Shown here: piece after piece, positions 27,101 to 36,608 of the stretch
Layout of the letters: every line of letters begins with the position of its first letter
Numbering within the stretch: position 1 is the stretch's first letter
Assembly (NCBI RefSeq): GCF_030684315.1
Contig: NC_081374.1
Coordinates: 12,140,837-12,204,836, forward strand
Direction: 5' to 3'
From: Stegostoma tigrinum
Lineage: Eukaryota
DNA length: 64,000 nt
Translations under genes and position numbers: made by a program
The notes under the pieces: model-generated
What the model saw: only the letters and a program-made list of their open reading frames with translations
What the model was told of the DNA's origin: nothing
The model's database searches: none

Positions 27101-30100
27101 ACTCTACTTACTGGTGATCTCATTGAAACATATAGGATTCTAAGGGGCTTGACAGGGTTAATGCTGAGATGTTTCCCCTCATCATAGACTCTCTACTGAG
27201 GTGGTAGAGGCAAATTGGCCCATCAAGTCTGTACTGGCCATCCAAAGAGCATCCCACTCAGGCTAACACCACCCACGCTATCCCAGTACTCCATATTTGC
27301 CATGGCTCTTCCACCTAGCCTGCAAATCCCTGGACACTATGGACAATTTAGCATGGCCAAACCACCCTAACCTGCATATCTTTGGGCTGTGGGAGGAGAC
27401 TGGAACAGCCGGTGGAAACCCACGTAGGTGCAAGAGAACATGTAAACTCCACACACTTAACCAAGCCTGGTGTTGCAGCCAGGTTTATAGCTCTGTGAGG
27501 AAACAGTGAAAAGCACTGTGCTACTACCAAGGGGCATAGTCTCAGAATAAAGGGGTGACAATTTAAAACTGAATGGGAAGGAATTTCTTCTAGAGGATTC
27601 TGAGTCTTTGGAATTCCTTGGCACAGAGATCAGTGGGGGCATTGTCCTTGTGCATATTTAAGGCTGAAGTAGATTCTAGATGAGTCGGGAATCAAGGGTT
27701 ATGGGAAAATGGCAGGAAAGTGGACATGAGGAATGTTAAATCAACCATGATCCTATCGAATGTTGAAACAGGTTTGAATGGCCTGTTCCTATTCCTCATG
27801 GTCGTAATAGAGGACTTTAAATGCACAACTAGTAAAATTATGGTGCAAGCAAAGCAGGAGGCTCGAGAGAGAAAAAAGCAGTTAAAACAATTAATGCTGT
27901 CTGGATTTAACTGAGTGGGAGGGCGCACACCAGTGACCAGCTGGCATTTTACCCCTGGCTAGGTGGTAGCAAAAAAAAAGTGAAATGCTTCAGATGCCAG
28001 GAATCTGAAACAAACAGAGAATGCTGGACAAACTTAGCAGGTCTGGGAGCAACTGTGGAGGGAGAATAGAGTGGATGGTTCAAGGTGGCATGGCTCCTCC
28101 TCAGTAGTGGGCATCCCTCCTAGTGCTGCTTCAGGCCTTTCTCTGATACTTCTCTGGGTCACAAGCTGCTGAAACCTCCTGGACATTTATTGGCAAATAT
28201 TAAGAGGATAATATAACCACTGCTTGTCAACTTACTCCGTTGACATTGAGAGTCCTGTAGGTGGAATGGTGGTTCATAATAATGGCGGAAAACTCTCTCT
28301 CTCTCTTCCCTACCTTCCACATTTAGGAGAGCTCTCAGCTTCAAGATTCCTCCCTTTATTTCTGATTCCACTATCTGTTGTGGAAGTTTTCAAGCTCAGC
28401 CTGATCTAAGTTTTGAAGCCTAGGCTCTTCTTAGTTGGAAACAACGTTGAAGCTAAGATATATGCCCTGTAGCACATGCAACCAGGTTAATCCCTAAGAT
28501 TTGTTAATGGAGTCAAACTAAAATGAGGCCTTTCAAACCATCGAGTTCTCATATCTTAAACTGTGAAGGAAGTTGTGCCAATTACTGTCATTTTAATGAA
28601 ATCTTTGGAGCATGTGAGTCAGGACGGCAGAAACAGGACATAAGATAGCTTTGGCAAGTAGAGTTAAGGAGAATCTAAAGAGATTCTAGAACAGCATTAG
28701 GAGCAAAAGTGTAACTAGAGAGAGAATAGAGCCCCATCAATATGGCCTTCTATAGGTGGAGCCACAGGTGGTGGGTGAGACTCTAAACAAATATTGTGCT
28801 TCAGTGTAATAAAATGTGAGGCTGGATGAACACAGCAGGCCAAGCAGCATCTCAGGAGCACAAAAGCTGACGTTTCGGGCCTAGACCCTTCATCAGAGAG
28901 GGGGATGGGGGGAGGGAACTGGAATAAATAGGGAGAGAGGGGGAGGCGGACCAAAGATGGAGAGTAAAGAAGATAGGTGGAGAGAGTGTAGGTGGGGAGG
29001 TAGGGAGGGGATAGGTCAGTCCAGGGAAGACGGACAGGTCAAGGAGGTGGGATGAGGTTAGTAGGTAGATGGGGGTGCGGCTTGGGGTGGGAGGAAGGGA
29101 TGGGTGAGAGGAAGAACCGGTTAGGGAGGCCTCCTGAGATGCTGCTTGGCCTGCTGTGTTCATCCAGCCTCACATTTTATTATCTTGGAATCTCCAGCAT
29201 CTGCAGTTCCCATTATCTCTTGTGCTTCAGTGTGTAGTGTGGAGCAGCAGATGGAAGTTACAGAACTTGGAGAAATAAAGAGAGATGTCTTGAAAAGAGT
29301 TCATCTTACAGAAGAGGTCCTGGATGTCTTAAAGTGCATAAAAGTCAATAAATCCCCATGAACTGATCAGTTCTAGAACTTTGTGAGAAGCTAGAGAAGA
29401 GATTGTTGGGTCCCTTGTTGTATCAGCGATACACAGGGGTGAGGTACCGGAAGTCTCAAGGTTGGCAAATGCAGTTCTATTGTTTGAGAAAGGCTGGAAG
29501 GAAAAGCCAGAGAACAATAGACTGGTGAGCTTGACATCAGTGGTGGGTAAGTTGTTGAGGCAATTCTGAGGGACAGGATTTATATGCATTTGGAAAGACA
29601 AGAACTGATTAGGGATAATTATTGTGTTTTGGTTGTGGGAAATCATGTCTCATTGACTTGATTGACTTTATCAGAGAGATGGCAAAGAAATTGAAGAAGA
29701 CCAAGCAATAGATGTTGCCTACATGGACATCAGTAAATGTTCAACAAGGCATGGTAGACTGGTTAGCAAGGTTAGATCGCATGGGATCCTGGAGGTACTA
29801 ACCAATTGGATGCAAAATTGGCCTGAAATTAGGAGACCAAGGGTGGTGATGGAGGGTGGCTTTTGGACTGGAGGCTTGTGACTATTAGGGAGCCATAGGG
29901 ATCATTGCTGGATCCACTGATTTTTGTCATTAATGTATTTGATTTGAATGAGAATATCAGAGATATGGTTCGTAGATTTGCAGATGATACTAAAATAGGT
30001 TGTACAGTAGACAATAGAACATAGAACATAGAACAGTACAGCACAGAACAGGCCCTTCAGCCCACAATGTTGTGCCGACCATTGATCCTCATGTATGCAC

Positions 30101-32632
30101 CCTCAAATCTCTGTGACCATATGCATGTCCAGCAGCCTCTTAAATGTCCCCAATGACATTGCTTCCACAACTGCTGCTGGCAACGCATTCCATGCTCTCA
30201 CAACTCTCTGTGTAAAGAACCTGCCTCTGACATCCCCTCTATACTTTCCTCCAACCAGCTTAAAACTATGACCCCTCGTGTTAGCCTTTTCTGCCCTGGG
30301 AAATAGTCTCTGGCTATCAACTCTATCTATGCCTCTCATTATCTTGTATACCTCAATTAGGTCTCCTCTCCTCCTCCTTTTCTCCAATGAAAAAAGTCCG
30401 AGCTCAGTCATCCTCTCTTCATAAGATAAGCCCTCCAGTCCAGGCAGCATCCTGGTAAACCTCCTCTGAACCCTCTCCAAAGCATCCACATCTTTCCTGT
30501 AATAGGGCGGCCAGAACTAGACGCAGTATTCCAAGTGCGGTCTAACCAAAGTGTTATAGAGCTGCAACAAGATCTCACGACTCTTAAACTTAATCCCCCC
30601 GCTAATGAAAGCCAAAACACCATATGCTTTCTTAACAACCCTGTCCACTTGGGTGGCCATTTTAAGGGATCTATGTATCTGCACACCAAGATCCCTCTGT
30701 TCCTCCACACTGCCAAGAATCCTATCCTTAATCCTGTACTCAGCTTTCAAATTCAACCTTCCAAAATGCATCACCTCGCATTTATCCAGGTTGAACTCCA
30801 TCTGCCACCTCTCAGCCCATCTCTGCATCCTGTCAATGTCCCGCTGCAGCCTACAACAGCCCTCTATACAGTCAACGACACCAACCTTTGTGTCGTCTGC
30901 AAACTTGCTGACCCATCCTTCAATCCCCTCATCCAAGTCATTAATAAAAATTACAAACAGTAGAGGCCCAAGGACAGAGCCCTGTGGAACACCACTCACC
31001 ACTGACTTCCAGGCAGAATATTCTCCTTCTACTACCACTCGCTGTCTTCTGTTGGCCAGCCAATTCTGTATCCAGACAGCTAAGTTCCCCTGTATCCCAT
31101 TCCTCCTGACCTTCTGAATGAGCCTACCATGGGAAACCTTATCAAATGCCTTACTGAAGTCCATATACACCACATCCACAGCTCGACCCTCATCGACTTT
31201 TCTAGTCACATCTAGTCACAATGAAAAAGGCTATCTCAGAGTACAATTGGGACCTTGATCAGACAGGCCAATAAGCTGAGGAGTGGCAGATGAAGCTTAA
31301 TTTAGATAAATATGAGGCATTGCATTTTGATAAGGCAACCCTAGGCAGTAATTATACAGTCAACAGGTAGGGACCTGGTAGTGTTGCCAAACAAAGAGAC
31401 CTAGGAATGCAGGTGCATTGTTCCTTGAAAGTGGTGATGAAGCAATTGTTTGGTACATTGGTCATATCATTGTGTAGAGGAGTTGGGATATAATTTTGCG
31501 GCTATACAGAACATTCATTTTTTGAATATCTCATACAATTCTGGTTGCCTTTGGGAAGATGTTGTTAAACTTGTAAGGGTGCAAAAAGGGTTTGCAAGGA
31601 AGTTGTCAGGACTGGAGGGTTTGAGTTATAGGGAGAGGCTGAATAGGCTAGGGCTATTTTCGCTGGAGTATCAGAAGCTGAGGGGCGACCTTATAGAGAT
31701 TTATAGAATCATGAGGGGCATGGATAGGGCAATTAGCTGAGGTCTTTTTCCCAGGGTGGGGAGTCCAAACATAGAGGACATAAGTTTAAGGTGAGAAAGG
31801 AAAAGATTTAAAAAGGACCTAAGGGGTAACATTTCCATGCAGAGGGTGATGCATGTATGGAACAAGCTGTCAGAGGAAGTACACCTACAATATTTAAATT
31901 GTATCTGGATGAGTATGCGAATAGGAAGGGCTGAGAGGGATATGGGCTAAATGCTGGCAAATGGGACTAGATCAGATTGAAATGCTTGGTTGGCACCAAC
32001 AAGTTGAACCAAAGCGTGGGTTCTTTATCCATTTTGTACAATTCTATGACTCTATACCCAGAGGCTGGGTACTAACAATGTATCCCCAGATCCCAATGAA
32101 GGAGAGTAACCCATCCTTTACCCGTACGTGGATGTCCAAGTTTTAACATGGTTTCTGACCAGTCTTTGAACCGGGGACCCTCCACGTGCAGATTGAACAC
32201 ACCTTGCCCAGGATCCCTTGAGTATTAACACTGAAATGGAATACTTTTCCCAGAAACAAAGTTAATAATTAACACAAGGAGCAGTTTCCCTGCTTAGTTA
32301 CTGAGAGTTTTTTACAGCGAGCATATTATCTAAAATAGAAGAGGTCACTTTACACCTGACCTTTCCATTCATGTGCTTTTATAATGAATTGACTCATCCC
32401 TTTGTTTTCCTCAACCACATAATAAACTGTTTATCTTCAGTTGTCAAAGGAGTTGGAAGAAGGAGTTACCTATGCCAGTGTGACGATTCAGCCCAATAAT
32501 CATCCTCAGGACGAATCTGCTGCCCTCGAAAAGCTGAAAACCTCCAACAGTCAGGACGCAATCAAGCCAGCTGTTGCCGAGCCTCCTGCTTCAGAACCAA
32601 CAGAGTATTCAACAGTTGTATTCAAAAAGTAA
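9152..32632 (+). CDS. Gene 1: CD300/CMRF35/pIgR-family single Ig-V inhibitory receptor, 253 aa, 6 exons
   Basis: Exons 9152-9191, 13918-14253, 14563-14599, 18997-19097, 26521-26576, 32441-32632. All introns GT-AG, phases 1,1,2,1,0; total 762 nt, open frame. Protein: MSITFLLPIVFLSATHAS-[V domain]-YESRKGYTKDKERLR-LFLTLGIIFGILMVMFLGLVILVV-KKIRKHKDDDGREKESTIENSIPKSNSVLSKELEEGVTYASV...TEYSTVVFKK*. Confidence 0.9.
10665..10980 (-). mobile_element. HE1/V-SINE-like tRNA-SINE
   Basis: Reverse complement of the 216-540 and 63490-63807 family. Confidence 0.85.
11556..11771. repeat. Palindromic (head-to-head) family-B Penelope-type element
   Basis: Arms agaagttgctagaaaagctcaacaggtctggcagcacctg / cagatgttgccagacccgctgagcttttccagcatcttct. 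Flanked by the attcactca direct repeat. Confidence 0.75.
12000..12930 (+). mobile_element. Old degenerate CR1/L2-type LINE 3' portion
   Basis: LGSLPFLIHVNDL..GTISKCADDT RT motif, then the typical CR1 3' region ending ctctatga. Confidence 0.75.
13918..14253 (+). CDS. Gene 1 exon 2, Ig-V domain of CD300/pIgR type
   Basis: GGSVEIKCRY..KYWCKGYYRKHC (extra C-x7-C pair)..DKGWYWCG. Acceptor tttttatttacag, donor GAAA|gtaagg, phase 1-1. Confidence 0.95.
14563..14599 (+). CDS. Gene 1 exon 3, short basic stalk (SRKGYTKDKERLR)
   Basis: cattttgaacag acceptor and AAG|gtaaat donor. This 37-nt phase 1-2 exon exactly bridges the V exon (phase 1) to the TM exon (phase 2). Confidence 0.75.
16323..16524. repeat. 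Palindromic family-A Penelope pLTR element with 12-bp TSD
   Basis: Inverted arms around 16445. tccacaattaca is duplicated at 16311-16322 and 16525-16536. Confidence 0.85.
18525..18871 (-). mobile_element. Second tRNA-derived SINE family (possibly SacSINE1/DeuSINE-like)
   Basis: Minus-strand head ggaggcgatggcc..ctggggttcaaatcc. Related copies at about 17900-18140, 51885-52230, 57825-58460 and 60190-60535. Confidence 0.65.
18997..19097 (+). CDS. Gene 1 exon 4, transmembrane helix
   Basis: LFLTLGIIFGILMVMFLGLVILVV followed by KKIRKHK (positive-inside). No charged TM residue. Donor ATG|gtaagg, phase 2-1. Confidence 0.9.
22160..24480 (-). mobile_element. Degenerate Ty3/Gypsy gag-pol remnant in gene 1 intron 4
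   Basis: RT pieces on minus strand: MIESGV..KINGELRLCINHTQLNK and YCFKHLLFGISSAAKIFQR..YHLDDIL. Gag-like remnants (IVVGVRDEKLSELL) lie upstream. Conventional gag-then-RT order. Confidence 0.8.
23787..23989. repeat. Palindromic family-B element with 14-bp TSD inside Gypsy gag
   Basis: accaactactgtat (23773-23786) and accaactactatat (23990-24003) flank the inverted arms. Confidence 0.8.
24801..25409 (+). mobile_element. 5'-truncated Penelope-like element (GIY-YIG C-terminus, C-rich 3' region, pLTR)
   Basis: HFNSVSHSLDDMSIL..RLQEQHLIFCLGTLQPNGIN. Near-TSD tgcaatctctgag / tgcagtctctgag. Confidence 0.88.
25318..25345 (+). ncRNA. Minimal hammerhead ribozyme-like motif (sense, gene 1 intron 4)
   Basis: CUGAAGA-A-GGGC CCAG CCCC-GAAAC-GUC. 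Core intact, one mismatch in helix II. Confidence 0.5.
26521..26576 (+). CDS. Gene 1 exon 5, cytoplasmic (DGREKESTIENSIPKSNSV)
   Basis: Strong acceptor ttttcttttag and donor GTG|gtaagg. Phase 1-0 links the TM exon to the last exon. Confidence 0.85.
27000..27800 (+). mobile_element. CR1 3' fragment interrupted by an antisense HE1-like SINE piece (about 27185-27460)
   Basis: gagaaaaggttcactaggatgatacctgg..gatctcattgaaacatatagg, resuming at aggggcatagtctcagaataaagggg. SINE body in between. Confidence 0.7.
28808..29219 (-). mobile_element. Young Penelope-like 3' fragment with inverted pLTR and 14-bp TSD
   Basis: ttgtgcttcagtgt at 28794-28807 and 29220-29233. 28808-29130 is nearly identical to 35886-36209. 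29131-29219 is an inverted terminal piece. Confidence 0.9.
28869..28896 (-). ncRNA. Minimal hammerhead ribozyme motif (Penelope-associated)
   Basis: Minus strand reads CUGAUGA-A-GGGU CUAG GCCC-GAAAC-GUC. All conserved core nucleotides are present. Confidence 0.65.
29240..32055 (+). mobile_element. Old CR1 LINE interrupted by a young antisense CR1
   Basis: EEVLDVLKCIKVNKSP, RFADDTK, GLEGLSYRERLNRLGLFSLE..LRGDLIEIYRIM and 3' end ttctatgactct. Confidence 0.88.
30015..31210 (-). mobile_element. Young 5'-truncated CR1 LINE (RT domain)
   Basis: ORFs 30517-31209 and 30103-30489(-): VYMDFSKAFDKV, SGVPQGSVLGPLLF, SKFADDTK. One internal stop. (TTCTATG)n tail. 10-bp tandem tctagtcaca at the 5' junction. 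Confidence 0.95.
32441..32632 (+). CDS. Gene 1 exon 6, ITIM/ITSM-bearing C-terminus
   Basis: Acceptor tttatcttcag, phase 0. VTYASV (32465-32482) fits ITIM V/I/L/S-x-Y-x-x-L/V. TEYSTV (32600-32617) fits ITSM T-x-Y-x-x-V/I. Stop TAA. Confidence 0.9.
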   Translation: MSKELEEGVTYASVTIQPNNHPQDESAALEKLKTSNSQDAIKPAVAEPPASEPTEYSTVVFKK

Positions 32633-34118
32633 TGTTCTTCCATCAGAGCATCTGCAAGCTACCTTCCACCCATTTTCTGAAGAGTGATATTCCTGTAAAT
32701 TGTAAATTGTTCCAATAGGGTATGAGTATAAGTTGCCTCCTTACATCCAGCTAGTGCATATTGGAAAAACCCCATGCAGTATTCCTGAATTTTTCTGATA
32801 TTTGCCAATGGTGTGAATCCTTGTTGTCAGGTGTCCTTTTTTTGTCTCGCTGTCTACCCTATTTCCTCAAGTCAGAGGGACGGTTGGGAACAGGTCTTTT
32901 TTTTAGGGGGGGAGCGGTGTGGGAAGCCAGCTAGTAGGTGAGTTGTTGGCCAGGGCAAGGAAGCAGAATATTAAATTTAGAATTGGGAATTTCTGAGCAA
33001 ATGTTTTTGATTTAGCTCTTTTCTTTAGTTACTTTTCAATGAATCAGTTATTTAAATGAAGTGGTGAGTGGGGTGGAAATATGGAATTATATCTTCCAAA
33101 AGGTATTGAGGTAGAGGTTAATCTAAACACTCACAATTGAGATTCACAATTTTTTTTATGCGGAACAATTATAAAGTTTGAATTCTACCCTGACTTATAA
33201 GTAGGCAAATGAATATTCTTTGAAATGTTTAACAATTTAGTTTAAGAAACATTGTTGTGAACTGGCAATGAACATGGTGAATCAGGTTAGTTCCTTATGC
33301 TGTTTTAATCAAAGAAAGAATGGGAAGTTGCTGGAGCTAAGAGTCATCAGCCATGATTCAATTGAACGGCACAGCCGGTTAGGGAGGTGAATGGCCTCTC
33401 ATGTTTCCCTGAACGTATAACCTGCAACATTATACTCAGCATTACTGCCTACTGAACTTGCCAGCAATGTTCCCTCTAAAGTGTTCAAGCACATGGCTGC
33501 AGAGAAATGTCAAAGGGCTGCAAGCAACATTGAAAAATTAGAGAGAGCATTGATATGCAGTTATCCTCACTCTGGTAAAATGCTGGCCATTTTATCAAAG
33601 CCAGGAGAAAACTAAAAGGGCAAGTCTGCTTTTATCAGTGATGGATGGATGGGTGAACCACAGATGTTGATGGGCAAATCTTATATTCTTCTGTCCTGTG
33701 ACTGTGATATTCAGACATTTACAGCACCAGAACAAGACAGGACAATGCATACAACTGTAATTCCTTCCTTTCTATTCACTATTCTTGGGTGAAATACTGC
33801 AAAGGTAGCCTTTAAAATTTTTTAAAATTCTGTGTGAAGTAGCAATAATTCTTTCTGTACAATTCATACAGAATTATTGCTGTCAAACAGCATTGCTTAC
33901 AATAATGCTTTATCGCTTACCACCATTGAAACTACTGCTGTTTTGTCTGATTTTATTTAACACTGATAGCATGTAACAAATAGAATCCTGTTGTCAAGGT
34001 TACATTCTTTTTTAAAGACACCCAGAGTATTGAGCATAATGGAGCAATGATCAATTGCGCACGGCCCTTGTTCCACTCTATAATATTGTGTGACTAGGAG
34101 CAGTGCTAATGATTTCCA

Positions 34119-34221
34119 AGAATATTACAATTGGAACTGACTGATGTTAACTTCACTCTAGAATAGTGCAATTGGGACTGACTGGTGTTGAAACCAATCT
34201 AGAGTATTGTAATTGTGACTG
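34119..34221. repeat. Degenerate 41-bp minisatellite (about 2.5 units)
   Basis: agaatattacaattggaactgactgatgttaacttcactct / agaatagtgcaattgggactgactggtgttgaaaccaatct / agagtattgtaattgtgactg. Confidence 0.7.
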
Positions 34222-34285
34222 TAAATCCACATTTGAACAGGAGAAGATGGAATAATTTATATTTTGAGCATAATAGGCATCTGCA

Positions 34286-34291
34286 AATAAA
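34286..34291 (+). terminator. Candidate polyadenylation signal of gene 1
   Basis: First AATAAA I found after the stop (about 1.65 kb downstream). ATTAAA at 32970-32975 is an alternative. Confidence 0.3.
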
Positions 34292-35362
34292 AACTTGAAC
34301 ATTTATGAGCTATTGAATGGTGAGAATATGAAATTTGTTAGCACATTAAGTGACTCAGATGAATTGCATGGATGTTTTTAAGGAGGTGCTAGTTAAATGA
34401 ATGAACAGAAGGCTTGTTGATAGGATGCAATGCAAGTAAACAGAGTGGGACAAGATTCACATGGAGTGAAACTGCCTGTTTTGTTTCCTAAACCCCATGC
34501 AGTACTCACAGGTTTGTTGGCAAAAACAATATCCTAGTTTGCACCTGATTATTTTTACATTAAACAACATCTTCCAGATTAGTTTTAAGGTGTAAACCCT
34601 GCAAAATGTAACAATGTTAGATTTTCTTAATATATTTAGGGTAGAAAAGAATTTCCCCACGACTCAGCATCATGTCGTGTAGATACATTTGTCCAGCAAC
34701 CATGAAGGATGAACCAGTTTAGGATTACCTTCGTGTAAGGTTAGTGATTAATCCAGATAACAATTGATGAGGATGCTTATGGTTTGAATTTTGCAGTAGT
34801 AATGTTGACAAATCTGTCAGCTTTCTTCATTGTTACTGCATTGAAACTTACAACAAATTTTGGAGTCCACGCAGGTAGAGGGCAACACGGAAATCCAGAA
34901 ATCATTGTTAACGATTCTATGCTTCTCCATGAAGTGAGCTGCTCAGCTGCCCAGTGTATAATCCCAAAGCAAATGGTCAAATGAACAGCTTCACTTTTGA
35001 GATGTTGGGCTCTCTGTGAAAACCGAATAAAATTACATAACATCCGAAAGAACTGCAGATGCTGTAAATCAGCAACATCCACACTTTGTTCCTGACAAAA
35101 TTACATTTTGGTTGGTGAGATGGGTTTTAAACAACCATACAAACTTTGTACTTCTTACTAAATACCATCAATCACCGGCCCTTTAAAGCCAATTTTAAAT
35201 TTGTGGAATTACAAATTTTCAACAGAAAAAAAAACATAAGTTTTATAATAGTGACATTTAAACGTCTATCAAAATTCAATAATAATCATTTATTCCGCTG
35301 TCTAAACATTTGAAATTTTAAAAAATAGTTTCAGCAAAGATCTGTAGCTCGGGTTGTGGGTG

Positions 35363-35692
35363 AGGTTGCTGATTTGCTCGCTGAGCTGGCTTGTTTTCAT
35401 TCAGATATTTCATCACCATACTGGGTGACATCATCAGTGAGTCCTCCAATGAAACGATGTTATTCTACTCTGCTTGGAATTTATTCTCTCAGGTCCGTTA
35501 TGGTGCCATATACAAACCCATACAGAACAAAAACCAGAAATGACAATAGTCACCATAACAGACCCGACATACAAATTCCAAGAGGTGTAGAACAACATCG
35601 CTTCAGTGGAGGCCTCACTGATGATGTCCCCTCTCATGGTAATGAAATATCTGAACGAAAACAAGCCAGCTCGACGAGCAAGTCAACAGCCT
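35363..35692. repeat. Inverted-repeat element (family C) with a hammerhead-like core in each arm
   Basis: Inverted arms of about 110 bp. Minus 35401-35440 reads UCA-CUGAUGA-U-GUCACC CAGUAU GGUGAU-GAAAU-AUC-UGA. Decayed plus copy at 35615-35654. Confidence 0.75.
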
Positions 35693-35885
35693 TATTTGAA
35701 ATAAAAGTTAAGCGGCTGAGTGCTTTTAAATTCCTGGGGGGTTTTTTTGTGTGAGAATACACCTAAAGGATTGGGTGCCTCCTCTGTTTCTGACACTGCT
35801 GCTGCATTCTTGGAGAACCCTTTGACCTGACATCGTGTTTAAATTGCCTTTGGAAAAAGGAAAACCCACAATATAAAGAGTGGGA

Positions 35886-36608
35886 TAATAAAATGTGAGG
35901 CTGGATGAACACAGCAGGCCAAGCAGCATCTCAGGAGCACAAAAGCTGACGTTTCGGGCCTAGACCCTTCATCAGAGAGGGGGATGGGGGGAGGGAACTG
36001 GAATAAATAGGGAGAGAGGGGGAGGCGGACCGAAGATGGAGAGTAAAGAAGATAGGTGGAGAGGGTGTAGGTGGGGAGGTAGGGAGGGGATAGGTCAGTC
36101 CAGGGAAGACGGACAGGTCAAGGAGGTGGGATGAGGTTAGTAGGTAGCTGGGGGTGCGGCTTGGGGTGGGAGGAAGGGATGGGTGAGAGGAAGAACCGGT
36201 TAGGGAGGCAGAGACAGGTTGGACTGGTTTTGGGATGCAGTGGGTGGGGGGGAAGAGCTGGGCTGGTTGTGTGGTGCAGTGGGGGGAGGGGATGAACTGG
36301 GCTGGTTTAGGGATGCAGTGGGGGAAGGGGAGATTTTGAAACTGGTGAAGTCCACATTGATACCATATGGCTGCAGGGTTCCCAGGCGGAATATGAGTTG
36401 CTGTTCCTGCAACCTTCGGGTGGCATCATTGTGGCAGTGCAGGAGGCCCATGATGGACATGTCATCAAGAGAATGGGAGGGGGAGTGGAAATGGTTTGCG
36501 ACTGGGAGGTGCAGTTGTTTGTTGCGAACTGAGCGGAGGTGTTCTGCAAAGCGGTCCCCAAGCCTCCGCTTGGTTTCCCCAATGTAGAGAAAGCCGCATC
36601 GGGTACAG
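35886..36608 (-). mobile_element. Young 5'-truncated Penelope-like element with 14-bp TSD
   Basis: GIY-YIG region (YIGETKRRLGDRFAEHLR..RLQEQQLIFRLGTLQP). tataaagagtggga at 35872-35885 and 36609-36622. Confidence 0.92.
35948..35975 (-). ncRNA. Minimal hammerhead ribozyme motif (Penelope-associated)
   Basis: Identical to the 28869-28896 motif: CUGAUGA-A-GGGUCUAGGCCC-GAAACGUC. Confidence 0.65.
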
